DNA of 64,000 nt from Syntrophaceae bacterium. GTDB lineage: Bacteria > Desulfobacterota > SM23-61. The stretch's first letter is position 1. The number at the start of each line of letters is the position of its first letter. The DNA lies in the NCBI GenBank assembly GCA_013388675.1, contig JACAEW010000211.1, positions 42,649 to 106,648 on the forward strand. The letters are read 5' to 3'. The notes under the pieces are model-generated. The model was not told the DNA's origin. It made no database searches and saw nothing but the letters and a program-made list of their open reading frames with translations. Made by a program: the position numbers and the translations under genes. Positions 9,604 through 18,948 of the stretch are shown piece after piece.

Positions 9604-10383
9604 CTACCTCCCCTTATATTGGGGCGTTCGCTTTTCTAGAAAGGCCCTCGATCCTTCCTTCTGGTCCTCTGTGCCGAAGCACATGGCGAAGAGGTCCCGC
9701 TCGTAATCCATGCCGATCGACAAAGGGACTTCAAGGCTTTTATTGATGGCCAGCTTGCACAGCTTTAAGATAACCGGGCTGTGGCGCAGCATGGCTCTGG
9801 CCATTTCCAGGACCGTATCCCGCAGTTTTTCAAAGGGCACCACTTTGTTGATCAGCCCCAGCGCCAGGGCTTCCTGGGCGGAGATAAAACCCCCCGTAAA
9901 GACCAGTTCTTTGGCTTTCTTTTCACCCACCAGCCGGGGAAGAATCTGGGTCCCCCCGGCCCCGGGGATTACGCCGACATTAATTTCCGGCTGGCCAAAC
10001 TGAGCGTTTTCGGAGGCGATGATGATATCGCAAGCCATGGCCAGTTCGCAGCCTCCGCCCAGGGCCAATCCGTTGACCATGGCGATGGCCGGCTTGGGAA
10101 TTTCCCGGAGTAAATCCGTCATCCGCCTCTTGCCTTTGCCCCGGAGAATGTCAGCCGGCGTCCTCTTGGGAAACTCGCTGATGTCCGCCCCGGCGCTGAA
10201 TGCTTTATCTCCCGCCCCCGTGATGATCAGGATGCGGACATTGTCGTCGTCCCTGCTATCCTCCAGGGTCCAGAGGATTTCCATCCGCAATTCGTCGTTC
10301 TGGGCATTGCGAAGCTGGGGACGGTTGAGGGTGATCCAGGCGAGGAAATCCTTCTTTTCATACATGATGTTTTTGAATTCCAT
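9604..10383 (-). CDS. Enoyl-CoA hydratase/isomerase (crotonase family)
   Basis: Starting at Met 10383 gives a 259-aa crotonase-fold protein (ITLNRPQLRNAQN, GGGCELAMACDI, FGQPEINVGVIPGAGGTQ). The longer ORF to 10464 has no support. Confidence 0.85.
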   Translation of the reverse strand: MEFKNIMYEKKDFLAWITLNRPQLRNAQNDELRMEILWTLEDSRDDDNVRILIITGAGDKAFSAGADISEFPKRTPADILRGKGKRRMTDLLREIPKPAIAMVNGLALGGGCELAMACDIIIASENAQFGQPEINVGVIPGAGGTQILPRLVGEKKAKELVFTGGFISAQEALALGLINKVVPFEKLRDTVLEMARAMLRHSPVILKLCKLAINKSLEVPLSIGMDYERDLFAMCFGTEDQKEGSRAFLEKRTPQYKGR

Positions 10384-10669
10384 CCTTCCCTCCTTGCAAG
10401 ATGGGCTTTTTAAACCCTGCTCATTATAAGAAGGGAGGTCTTGGGTGTCAAAGGGAAAGGCCATGAAAAGGATCCCCCCGGGTTGCTGGACCTGATGTCA
10501 GGTTTCCAGCCCCCACGTTCACGGGACATGTCGGATGGTTCGAGATTTTGATTGACTTTTATTTTTCAGGGTGTGAAGATGAAAAAGTCAGCGATCGGCT
10601 TTCATCCAATGCAGAAACAAAGAATCTCCCGCTGACCGGTTATCGCTGAAAGCTTCTTTTTCGAGGAGG

Positions 10670-10960
10670 TTGCCCGAATTCCCTGAAATTTTGCGAGCCG
10701 GCATGGGAAGGTAGTGCAAATCTACCGCTGCCCCGCAACTGTGAGCGGAACGAAACTCACAAAAGTCAGGTTAGAGGTAAGGGGTAATGGGTGAGAGGGG
10801 AGAAAATCTTTCCCCATAACCTATGACCTCGGACCCAGGACCGCTTTTTAGGCCACTGGACGCAAGTCCGGGAAGGCGTGGGAAGTAGGCAGCCGCAAGC
10901 CAGGAAACCTGCCCAACTCGTATCGACCCTTGCAATCCTTCCGCGGGGAAGGGCGGGTAG
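10670..10960 (+). promoter_or_regulatory. Cobalamin (B12) riboswitch; boundaries approximate
   Basis: Conserved core GGGAAGGTAGTGCAAATCTACCGCTGCCCCGCAACTGTGAGCGG (about 10706-10748). B12 box GGCCACTGGACGCAAGTCCGGGAAGGCG (about 10851-10877). Located upstream of cobU. Confidence 0.8.
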
Positions 10961-10976
10961 CCGGTTTGTTTCCCAG

Positions 10977-11015
10977 AACCCCAACTTTCTCCCCAGAAGG
11001 TTGGGGTTTTCTTTT
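10977..11015 (+). terminator. Intrinsic terminator, the likely expression platform of the B12 riboswitch
   Basis: Stem AACCCCAAC (10977-10985) pairs with GTTGGGGTT (11000-11008), followed by TTTTCTTTT. Confidence 0.7.
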
Positions 11016-11027
11016 ATGGTAGATTGG

Positions 11028-11099
11028 CGATTGTGGATTGCGGAGTGAAACCGGTCTTATTTAAAGCACAGTCTTACCAGGTTGCCCGCAATCCGCAAT
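11028..11099. repeat. GATTGCGG-type hairpin element
   Basis: Arms ATTGTGGATTGCGG (11030-11043) and CCGCAATCCGCAAT (11086-11099). The same arms occur in opposite orientation at 31373-31437. Confidence 0.55.
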
Positions 11100-11110
11100 T
11101 TGCATAGAAT

Positions 11111-11674
11111 ATGGAAATAGATAGGTCCCTTCCGCATCCAGGTGCGAGTAAAAAGAGAATCATCTTCATTACTGGCGGTGCCAGGAGCGGCAAGAGCCGG
11201 TTTGCCGAAGAACTGGCCCGGCAGTTTTCAGGCCCCAAAGCCTACCTGGCCACGGCCCAGGCGTTGGATGAGGAGATGGCCGAGCGGATCCGCCGGCATC
11301 GGGAAACCCGTTCGGGCGACTGGCAGACCCTGGAGGAGCCCATGGATGTGACCGGATGCGTCGAGGACCAAGGGGATCGATTCCATCTCATTCTCCTGGA
11401 CTGCCTGACTCTCTGGGTCTCCAACCTCATGATGGCCGGCTGGGACGGGGCGAAGATTCTGGAGGAAGGGGATCGCCTGCTGGGTGCATGCCGGCAGGCC
11501 AAGTGTTCCTTGATCCTGGTCGGAAACGAGGTGGGGATGGGAATCGTTCCCGAGAATGCTCAGGCCAGGCTTTTCCGGGACCTCAGCGGATTTATCCAGC
11601 AGAATGCGGCCCGGCAATCGGATGAGGTCTATTTCATGGTGAGCGGACTCCCGGTGAAGATTAAAGGCGCATAG
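11111..11674 (+). CDS. cobU: Adenosylcobinamide kinase / adenosylcobinamide-phosphate guanylyltransferase
   Basis: P-loop IIFITGGARSGKSRFAE, about 187 aa, in a B12 nucleotide-loop operon downstream of the riboswitch. Confidence 0.85.
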   Translation: MEIDRSLPHPGASKKRIIFITGGARSGKSRFAEELARQFSGPKAYLATAQALDEEMAERIRRHRETRSGDWQTLEEPMDVTGCVEDQGDRFHLILLDCLTLWVSNLMMAGWDGAKILEEGDRLLGACRQAKCSLILVGNEVGMGIVPENAQARLFRDLSGFIQQNAARQSDEVYFMVSGLPVKIKGA

Positions 11675-11680
11675 AGGAAA

Positions 11681-11780
11681 GATCAGTGATCAATGGGCAA
11701 TGACCATTGACCAATGATCAATGCGCAGTGGGCAATGATCAATGACCAAGGAGCAGTGACCAATAATCAATGGTCAATGA
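11681..11780. repeat. Degenerate tandem oligomer repeat (CAATGATCAATGRSCA-like units)
   Basis: GATCAGTGATCAATGGGCAATGACCATTGACCAATGATCAATGCGCAGTGGGCAATGATCAATGACCAAGGAGCAGTGACCAATAATCAATGGTCAATG fills the cobU-cobT spacer. Confidence 0.6.
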
Positions 11781-11801
11781 AAAAATAAATAAGTAATCTT
11801 C

Positions 11802-12887
11802 ATGGAAGACCTTAAGGAAATGGGATTGGAAAAGGAGCTAAAAGAAAGGCTGTCGACGATTCAGCCGCTGAAGAAGGAGTTTTTCGATCAAGCCCAGAAA
11901 CGTTTGGATCAACTGACCAAGCCCCGGGGAAGCCTGGGGCAGTTGGAAGAGATTGCCAAACGCTACGTGGCCATTGTGGAAGAGGTCCATCCCCTGATCC
12001 GGCGTAAAATCATCTATACTTTTGCCGGCGACCATGGGGTAGCCGCTGAAGGCGTCAGCGCGTATCCCAAAGACGTCACTCCGCAGATGGTCTATAATTT
12101 TATCCGTGGTGGAGCGGCCATCAATGTCCTGGCAGGCCATGTAAATGCCGAGGTGGTCGTGATCGACATCGGGGTAGATCATGTTTTCGAACCCATGGAA
12201 GGCCTGGTCGGCCGCAAGGTAGCCCGGGGAACCGGGAATATCGCCCGGGGACCGGCCATGTCCCGGGAACAGGCTCTGCGGGCGATCTCCGTGGGATGGG
12301 AAATGGCGGACCATGCCAAAAACCGGAAAGCGGGCCTGGTGGGAACGGGGGACATGGGGATCGGTAACACGACCCCCAGCAGCGCCATCCTGGCGGCCCT
12401 GACCGGCCTTCCCGTGAACCAGGTGACTCACCGGGGAACGGGCATCGATGACCTGGGCCTGGGGCGGAAGGTCCAGACGATTGAAAAGGCGCTGGAGATC
12501 AATTCTCCCAACCCCCGGGATCCCCTGGATGTACTGGCCAAGGTGGGAGGGTTGGAGATCGCGGGAATCGCCGGGTTCATCATCGGCTGTGCGGGATACC
12601 GGGTCCCGGTGGTGGTGGACGGCTTTATCTCCACCGCCGGGGCCATGATCGCCGTGGCCCTCAATACCCGCGTGAGGGACTACCTCTTCGCCGCCCACAA
12701 ATCCGTCGAAGTGGGACACCAGTTCATGTGGGAGTATATCGGGCAGAAACCCATTTTGGACCTATCTTTGCGCCTGGGAGAAGGCACGGGGGCGGCCCTG
12801 GCCATGTCCGTCATCGAAGCCTCGGTGAAGGTTTTGAACGAAATGGCCACGTTTTCCGAGGCGGGAGTATCGGAAGGGAAGAAATGA
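11802..12887 (+). CDS. cobT: Nicotinate-nucleotide--dimethylbenzimidazole phosphoribosyltransferase
   Basis: 361 aa with the CobT-typical N-terminus ([18 protein letters not shown]) and [14 protein letters not shown]. Confidence 0.9.
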   Translation: MEDLKEMGLEKELKERLSTIQPLKKEFFDQAQKRLDQLTKPRGSLGQLEEIAKRYVAIVEEVHPLIRRKIIYTFAGDHGVAAEGVSAYPKDVTPQMVYNFIRGGAAINVLAGHVNAEVVVIDIGVDHVFEPMEGLVGRKVARGTGNIARGPAMSREQALRAISVGWEMADHAKNRKAGLVGTGDMGIGNTTPSSAILAALTGLPVNQVTHRGTGIDDLGLGRKVQTIEKALEINSPNPRDPLDVLAKVGGLEIAGIAGFIIGCAGYRVPVVVDGFISTAGAMIAVALNTRVRDYLFAAHKSVEVGHQFMWEYIGQKPILDLSLRLGEGTGAALAMSVIEASVKVLNEMATFSEAGVSEGKK

Positions 12888-13636
12888 CCGGTTTCCTGCT
12901 GGCCTGGAAGTTCTTAACCATTCTTCCCGGCGGGAAGAAGGACACCGGAATCAACCCTCGGGATCTCGGTCGCTCTATGTCCTATTATCCCCTGGTCGGG
13001 CTTCTTCTCGGGATCCTTCTGTGGGGAGCCTATGGGCTTTTTTCTCAGGCCTTTCCCCGGACGCTCTGCGACGGGCTGGTAATTCTTCTCCTGGCGGTTA
13101 TCACCGGGGCTCTTCATTTGGACGGGCTCGCCGACACATTGGACGGAATGGCGGCCGGCAAAACGGCCGAGGAAAGACTCCGGATCATGAGAGATCATCG
13201 GGTGGGCACCTTCGGGGCCGTGGGCCTGATTCTGATCCTGGGGATGAAATTCCTGGCTCTGAACTCCCTCCCCGAAGACGTCACCGGCAAGACCCTGCTC
13301 GTGGCCCTGACCCTGAGCCGGTGGTCCATGGTCCAGTTGACCTACCGGACGCCCTACGCCCGCCCGGAAGGAGGGCTGGGCAAGGTGTTTAGAGAGAACG
13401 TGAAGAAGCGGGAAATGGTCATTGCAACTTTTTTATCTTTGATCATCGCCCTTTTCCTTCTAAGATTCTGGGGAGCCGTCCTGTGGCTGGCGGTTGGAGT
13501 TTCGGCGCTGGGAATTCAACTCCTGTTCCAGAAAAAAATCGGAGGGATAACAGGAGACATCCTGGGAGCGGCCAATGAAACCCACGAACTTCTGGTCCTG
13601 TTGATGGTTTCAGGAATCTTTCACGGGTTTTTTTAG
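12884..13636 (+). CDS. cobS: Adenosylcobinamide-GDP ribazoletransferase (cobalamin synthase)
   Basis: ATG at 12884 overlaps the cobT stop (ATGA). [16 protein letters not shown]... is a polytopic membrane protein typical of CobS. Confidence 0.85.
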   Translation: MTGFLLAWKFLTILPGGKKDTGINPRDLGRSMSYYPLVGLLLGILLWGAYGLFSQAFPRTLCDGLVILLLAVITGALHLDGLADTLDGMAAGKTAEERLRIMRDHRVGTFGAVGLILILGMKFLALNSLPEDVTGKTLLVALTLSRWSMVQLTYRTPYARPEGGLGKVFRENVKKREMVIATFLSLIIALFLLRFWGAVLWLAVGVSALGIQLLFQKKIGGITGDILGAANETHELLVLLMVSGIFHGFF

Positions 13637-13701
13637 CCGCCACCGGACTTGGAGGGGCGATTTGCGAATCGCTCTGCGAAATATGGGATTTTTATGGGCG
13701 T

Positions 13702-13726
13702 AGGGGCAGGTTTTAAACCTGCCCCT
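13702..13726. repeat. AGGGGC...GCCCCT hairpin family member
   Basis: AGGGGCAGGTTTTAAACCTGCCCCT, flanked by GT..GCAGG. A weaker related hairpin lies at 13652-13676. Confidence 0.5.
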
Positions 13727-13752
13727 GCAGGACTTCCGCGAGAGGATCAAGA

Positions 13753-14349
13753 ATGGAACCGGATCAGACTCGACTCTACCTTACCCGCCACGGGGAAGTG
13801 GTAAATCACGGAGTTTACAACGGCCAGACCGACGTGGATATTACCCCCAAGGCCATCGAGCAAATGGAAAGGCTCCGGGAGTTGTTGAAGGACAAGGACT
13901 TGAAGGGCGTTTACTGTAGCGATCTGAGGCGCACCCAGAAGGGAGCGGAGATCATAGGTCGGCCCCATGGGCTTTTGCCCCAAGCCTTCCCGGAGTTTCG
14001 GGAGGTGCATTTCGGGCGATGGCAGGGCTTGAATTATGCTCAGGTTATGGAGCAATATCCCGCGGATATTCCCCAGTGGTTGAACGACGTGGAGAACTTC
14101 CGCATCCCCGAGGGGGAAAGCATGTTTGATGTGCACCGGAGGGCGATTCCCAAGCTGCGGGAGTTGATCGCCCGGCACCGGGGGGAGGAGATCCTGCTGG
14201 TCTGCCACGGGGCGCTGAACCGGGTTATCCTGGCTGAGGCCCTCCACCTGCCCATGGCCCACCTGCTTCGGATGGAGCAGAGTTATGGCTGCCTGAATAT
14301 CATCGATTACACGCCCACGTGGTCGGTGGTGAAGCTGATGAATGGGTAA
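13753..14349 (+). CDS. cobC: Alpha-ribazole phosphatase (histidine phosphatase family)
   Basis: RLYLTRHGEV catalytic RHG motif, 198 aa, located in the cobalamin operon. Confidence 0.75.
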   Translation: MEPDQTRLYLTRHGEVVNHGVYNGQTDVDITPKAIEQMERLRELLKDKDLKGVYCSDLRRTQKGAEIIGRPHGLLPQAFPEFREVHFGRWQGLNYAQVMEQYPADIPQWLNDVENFRIPEGESMFDVHRRAIPKLRELIARHRGEEILLVCHGALNRVILAEALHLPMAHLLRMEQSYGCLNIIDYTPTWSVVKLMNG

Positions 14350-14352
14350 CAT

Positions 14353-14440
14353 GAATGCGGAATTCGGATTGCGGAATGGGGAATGGAAAAGCAGGAAAAA
14401 TGGGGAATATGGATTGTAGGGGCGCGCGGCGCGCGCCCTT
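14353..14440. repeat. Composite element: GGAATGCGG-type oligomers plus the palindrome GTAGGGGCGCGCGGCGCGCGCCCTT
   Basis: Starts 4 nt after the cobC stop. The palindrome is identical to the one at 5395-5420. A further hairpin GGCGACCCGCCGGGTCGCC lies at 14462-14480. Confidence 0.6.
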
Positions 14441-14498
14441 GAGAAAGCCCGCTTTTGTAACGGCGACCCGCCGGGTCGCCCCTCCGGATTAAGAGCGG

Positions 14499-15383
14499 AT
14501 GAAAAGGCTTTTGGTTACTCTTTTAGTCCCTCTCTTATTCGTTAGCGAAGGTCTTGCGCTTTCGGCCACCTTTACCGACGAGGTTGGCCGGACGGTGGAA
14601 GTCAACGGCGCGCCCCGACGGATCGTCTCGGTTGCCCCCAACGTGACCGAGATTCTTTTCGCCATGGGCCTCGAAGACCGGCTGGTGGGGGTGAGCACCT
14701 ACTGCCAGTATCCTCCGGATGCCCTCCAGAAAGAGAAGATCGGGGGATACATCAATCCTTCGCTGGAAAAGATCGTGGCCCTGCGCCCGGACCTGGTCGT
14801 CGGGATCGCCGAGGGGGACCTGAAGACCTTCGTGGACAAACTGGCGAGCCTGAACGTCCCGGTGTACATCACCAATCCCCGGGACGCCCTCGAAGTAATG
14901 ACCTCCATCCAGAAGATCGGCGAGGTTACCTTTGCCCCGGAGCCTGCCCGGAGAATCGTCCGGTCCATGGAGGAAAGGGTCCGGAGAGTTCAGGACAGGG
15001 TCCAAGGGCGGCCCCGGCCCCGGGTGCTCCACATTCTGGATTTCAACCCCCTGATCAGCGCTGGCAAAGGAACCTTCGTGGATGATCTCATTCGGCTCGG
15101 AGGAGGCCGGAACGTGGCTGAAGCGGCCGTGGGAAAATACCCCCGCTTCAGCATGGAGGAGATTTTACTCCAAGACCCGGAGGTCATTCTCCTGGCCTCC
15201 ATGAAATCGGGGGACCCTCTGGTCAAGCAGAGAAGATGGTGGCAACGATGGAAGACGATATCCGCGGTCAAGCAGGGCCGGATTTACGTTCTCGACTCGG
15301 ACCTTATCCATCGGCCCTCACCGAGGATGGTAGAGGGTTTGGAACAAGTCGCCAGGGCCATCCATCCGGAAGCCTTTCCCTAG
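14499..15383 (+). CDS. Periplasmic binding protein, BtuF/FhuD class (cobalamin or siderophore type)
   Basis: Signal peptide, then RIVSVAPNVTEILFAMGLEDRLVGVS, typical of cluster A-2 substrate-binding proteins. The operon context suggests corrinoid uptake. Confidence 0.8.
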   Translation: MKRLLVTLLVPLLFVSEGLALSATFTDEVGRTVEVNGAPRRIVSVAPNVTEILFAMGLEDRLVGVSTYCQYPPDALQKEKIGGYINPSLEKIVALRPDLVVGIAEGDLKTFVDKLASLNVPVYITNPRDALEVMTSIQKIGEVTFAPEPARRIVRSMEERVRRVQDRVQGRPRPRVLHILDFNPLISAGKGTFVDDLIRLGGGRNVAEAAVGKYPRFSMEEILLQDPEVILLASMKSGDPLVKQRRWWQRWKTISAVKQGRIYVLDSDLIHRPSPRMVEGLEQVARAIHPEAFP

Positions 15384-15494
15384 GGTTCGAGGATTCCAGG
15401 ATCCAAGGGGCCAGCGAAATAAACGGAAGAAAGGAAAGAAATTCTTACGCCCTTGACCCCTGGAATCCTTGAACTCTAGACACCTGGTTTTCTT

Positions 15495-16541
15495 ATGCCT
15501 CGTTGGACCTTGAAAAGATGGCTTCTCTGGATGATCCTTCTGTCCTTTCTTCTGGCCGGGGTCATGGGGGTCTCGGTTTCGCTGGGAGCGGTGACCATCT
15601 CCCTTGCAAAAAGTTGGTCCATTCTGGGCCATCATCTCCTGGGGCTTTCCGGGGTTGGGAAATGGACGGCGAGCGAGTCTTCGATCATCCTAGACCTGCG
15701 GCTCCCGCGGATCCTATCCGGGGCGTTAGTGGGTTCCGCCCTGGCCATGGCCGGAGCCGTTCTCCAGGCCCTGCTGCGGAATCCTCTGGCCGATCCCTTT
15801 GTCCTGGGGATCTCCAGCGGGGCGGCGGTGGGGGCGGTGCTGGCGATTCTCTTTGGGCTGGGGGCCACCTTTCTGGGAGCCTACGCAATCCCGGGGTCCG
15901 CCTTCGGGGGCGCCCTCTTCACCCTTTTCCTGGTTTATTTCATCGCCCGCACGGAGGGCCGCGCGCCGACGAATACCATGCTCCTGGCCGGAGTCATCGT
16001 CAGCTCCTTCTTCTCGGCGGTCATTATGTTCTTAATCTCCGCCACGAGCGACGAGCAGATCTACAACGTGACCTTCTGGCTCATGGGCAACCTGGAATAC
16101 ATGGCCTCCCAACCCCTCTGGATCGTGTTTTTCTTTTTGATCGTGGGAGGGGGAATCCTTTTATCGTTGGCGCGGGACTTCAATCTCCTTTCCCTAGGGG
16201 AAGAGACCGCCTCCGAGCTGGGGGTGGATGTGGAGAGGGTAAAGAAGACGGCTTTCATCTTTGCTTCGCTGATAACGGGGGCGGTCGTTTCGGTGAGCGG
16301 GCTGATCGGGTTTGTAGGCCTGATCGTGCCCCATGTGGTGCGCATGGTCTGGGGTCCGGACCACCGGTTCCTCCTCCCGGCATCGGCCCTGGTGGGGGCC
16401 ATGCTCATGGTCGTGGCCGACACCCTAGCGAGGACGGTCATGGCCCCGACGGAAATTCCCGTAGGAGTGGTCACCGCCATGGGAGGAGCCCCTTTTTTTG
16501 TGTACCTGCTCAGGAAGAAGGGACATGCCGTCTATCGTTAG
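15495..16541 (+). CDS. FecCD/BtuC-type ABC permease
   Basis: 348-aa polytopic ORF with FecCD-family sequence (LRLPRILSGALVGSALAMAGAVLQ). Confidence 0.85.
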   Translation: MPRWTLKRWLLWMILLSFLLAGVMGVSVSLGAVTISLAKSWSILGHHLLGLSGVGKWTASESSIILDLRLPRILSGALVGSALAMAGAVLQALLRNPLADPFVLGISSGAAVGAVLAILFGLGATFLGAYAIPGSAFGGALFTLFLVYFIARTEGRAPTNTMLLAGVIVSSFFSAVIMFLISATSDEQIYNVTFWLMGNLEYMASQPLWIVFFFLIVGGGILLSLARDFNLLSLGEETASELGVDVERVKKTAFIFASLITGAVVSVSGLIGFVGLIVPHVVRMVWGPDHRFLLPASALVGAMLMVVADTLARTVMAPTEIPVGVVTAMGGAPFFVYLLRKKGHAVYR

Positions 16542-17787
16542 AATCGAGGCAGTTGATTTTCGCTACCCCGAAAGGCCGATCTTTTCGGGATTGAGCCTTT
16601 CCCTGGAAGAAGGGGAGGTCCTGGGCCTCATGGGGCCCAACAGCTCGGGGAAGACGACCCTTCTGAAATTAATGGATGGACTGCTCCGCCCCCAGCGGGG
16701 AAGGGTGTTACTGGAAGAAAAGGACCTGGACCAGATTCCCCGGGGGAACGTGGCCCGAATCATCGCCGTCGTTCCCCAGGCCATGGAAGTTCCCTTTTCC
16801 TTCACCGTTGCAGAGATCGTCCTCATGGGGAGGGCGCCGTACCTGACCCGCTTTGGCTGGGAAAAGCAGAAAGACCTGGATGTAGCCCGGGAGGCCATGG
16901 CTCTCACGGGCGTGGCCGGCCTCGAGGAACGGCCTTTCCGGGACCTGAGCCAGGGGGAAAAGCAAAGGGTCCTCATCGCCCGGGCCCTGGCGCAGGAACC
17001 CAGGGTTATGCTCCTCGACGAGCCCACGTCCCACCTGGACATCAACCACCAGGTGGAGATCAACGAACTGATCCGCAGGCTGAATTTACAGAAGGGTCTA
17101 ACCGTCCTCCATATTTCCCATGATTTGAACCTGGCGGCGGAGTATTGTCACCGGGTCGTTTTGCTGCATCAGGGTGCGGTCTTCTCCGCAGGGATCCCCG
17201 CGGAGGTGATCACCGAGGAAAACATCCGCCGGGTTTACGAGACCAAGGTGTTGGTCGAAAAAAACCCAATTTCCGGGGCCCCCCGGGTCACCCTGCTCGG
17301 AAAGGGAAGGGTTGAAAAAACGGGACCGCAAAGGACCGTCCATATCATCTGCGGTGAAGGAAGCGGCGTGGATTCGGCCCGCCGGCTCCTCCTAAGGGGA
17401 TACCGGGTTTCCATGGGGGTCCTCAATTCGGGCGACACGGACCAGAAAATCGGCAAGACCCTCGGACTGCCCATGGCCCTGGAGGGTCCTTTTTCGGCCA
17501 TCTCCGAGCGGGGAATGGAGGAGAACCGGAAGTTGATCGAAAAGGCGGACCTGGTGCTGGTGGAAAGGTTCCATGTGGGCCCGGGAAACCTGGCCAATCT
17601 CCGGGCGGCCCTGGAGGCTCTGGAAAGAGGGAAAAGGATAATCGTCCTGGAGAACCATCTGGAGTACGATTTTACCGGGGGAGAAGCGCGGGATTATTAC
17701 CGGCGCCTGAAGGAGAGGGGAGCGGCCTTCATTCCCGATCATTCCCGATTGCTGGAAGAAGCGGAAAAACATCTGAATCCGGTTTAG
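16525..17787 (+). CDS. BtuD/FepC-type ABC ATPase with an uncharacterised C-terminal extension of about 160 aa
   Basis: Start taken at MPSIVRIEAV. Walker A GPNSSGKTT, signature LSQGEKQRV, Walker B LLDEPTSHLD. The extra domain starts near TVHIICGEGSGV. Confidence 0.8.
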   Translation: MPSIVRIEAVDFRYPERPIFSGLSLSLEEGEVLGLMGPNSSGKTTLLKLMDGLLRPQRGRVLLEEKDLDQIPRGNVARIIAVVPQAMEVPFSFTVAEIVLMGRAPYLTRFGWEKQKDLDVAREAMALTGVAGLEERPFRDLSQGEKQRVLIARALAQEPRVMLLDEPTSHLDINHQVEINELIRRLNLQKGLTVLHISHDLNLAAEYCHRVVLLHQGAVFSAGIPAEVITEENIRRVYETKVLVEKNPISGAPRVTLLGKGRVEKTGPQRTVHIICGEGSGVDSARRLLLRGYRVSMGVLNSGDTDQKIGKTLGLPMALEGPFSAISERGMEENRKLIEKADLVLVERFHVGPGNLANLRAALEALERGKRIIVLENHLEYDFTGGEARDYYRRLKERGAAFIPDHSRLLEEAEKHLNPV

Positions 17788-17853
17788 GCACTTAGCGCCC
17801 CATCCATACAAATATGCTTGTAAGAACGGAATATACATCTTGCCAGCCCGGTG

Positions 17854-17879
17854 CAGGGGCGATTCATGAATTGCCCCTG
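17854..17879. repeat. AGGGGC...GCCCCT hairpin family member
   Basis: CAGGGGCGATTCATGAATTGCCCCTG is nearly identical to the copy at 33638-33663. Confidence 0.5.
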
Positions 17880-17956
17880 CGGATAAACCGCGATTTCCGG
17901 CGGAGCCGCTTCTTGCGCGCTGGTTCGCGGAAAAAGCGTAGATTCTAAGCAGGTTT

Positions 17957-18859
17957 ATGAAGCGTTTTCTTTTCATCTCCGTCTTTTTCCATGCGGTTGT
18001 TCTGGCTCTCCTCTTTTCCTGGGAGATTCCGATGGCCAACCGCCTTCTGCCCCGGAGCATAGTGGAAGTATCGCTGATCGAGCGCATCGAGGGGAAGGCA
18101 GGGGGGCAGGAGAAGAGTGCGGAGAAGAAGCCGGAAAAGAAATCCGGCAAGAAGGAAAAAAATCAGGAGAAAAAAGATGGGGGAGCGACCCCGCGGGTCG
18201 CCCCTGAGAAGGAAGAAAAGAAAATCCAACCGCCGGAACCGGAGAGGATCGATCCCCTCCCCCAAGAAACCAGGGAAGAAGAACCCAAAACGGAAGAGAA
18301 GACCACGCCAGAACCGCCCGTCTTGCAGGCCAAGAGTGAAGAGCCCGCGATCCGGCAGCTTGAACCCGCCCCTCAGGGAGGCGAAAGCGGGGAATCAAGA
18401 AAGTCGGCGGGACCGCCGAGTATAAGCCTAAGCTCCGGGGGAAGAGGGGATGGGGATGCCGTTTTTTGGGCCTCAGCGGGGCCTGAATCGGGCAAGGGGG
18501 GCATAGCGCTTGGAGGAGGGGGGCAAGGATCAGGAACAGGACAAGGACAGGGGGAAGCCCTTCGATTCAGCAACGTGCCAAAATCCTCGGGCGATGGAAA
18601 TTCGGTTGTCGCCGAGATCCTGCGCCGGATCGAAAAGGCCAAGCTCTACCCCCGAATGGCCCGAAGGATGGGAAAGGAAGGCAAGGCCACGGTTCGTTTC
18701 CGAATCAAGACCGACGGGAAGGTGGAAGGAGTGGAACTCATCGAGTCCTCGGGCTCGGAAATTCTCGACCAGGCTTCCATCGAAACGGTCCAGCGCGCCG
18801 CTCCTTTGCCTTACAAAGAAGGCTGGCTGAAAGTGGTGATCGTTTTTAAAATCCTATAG
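17957..18859 (+). CDS. tonB: TonB family energy transducer
   Basis: N-terminal TM segment, K/E/P-rich linker, and a C-terminal TonB domain (ARRMGKEGKATVRFRIKTDGKVEGVELIESSGSEILDQASIETVQRAAPLPY). Confidence 0.8.
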   Translation: MKRFLFISVFFHAVVLALLFSWEIPMANRLLPRSIVEVSLIERIEGKAGGQEKSAEKKPEKKSGKKEKNQEKKDGGATPRVAPEKEEKKIQPPEPERIDPLPQETREEEPKTEEKTTPEPPVLQAKSEEPAIRQLEPAPQGGESGESRKSAGPPSISLSSGGRGDGDAVFWASAGPESGKGGIALGGGGQGSGTGQGQGEALRFSNVPKSSGDGNSVVAEILRRIEKAKLYPRMARRMGKEGKATVRFRIKTDGKVEGVELIESSGSEILDQASIETVQRAAPLPYKEGWLKVVIVFKIL

Positions 18860-18948
18860 CCATCAGTTGTCTGCGTTCAGCGATTCGCAAAAAATCCGAT
18901 TTATTGCATCGGCTGAAAACGGACGGCTGACCTCTGAAAGCGGTCTTT

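Noticed and set aside
15384-15494. GGTTCGAGGATTCC near 15385, and GGGTTCGAGTTCGG near 61888, as possible tRNA T-arms.
   Set aside because: The surrounding sequence does not fold into acceptor, D and anticodon arms. The first is part of a long inverted repeat (GGATTCCAGG...CCTGGAATCC).
15503-16594. 363-aa alternative-frame ORF overlapping the FecCD permease gene. Similar cases are 811..1524, 5239..6228, 11838..12719, 19147..19998, 32850..33653, 42519..43439, 47396..48292 and 63100..63975.
   Set aside because: All are shadow ORFs in other frames of, or antisense to, genes with strong family signatures. Their composition is Arg/Pro/Gly-rich.
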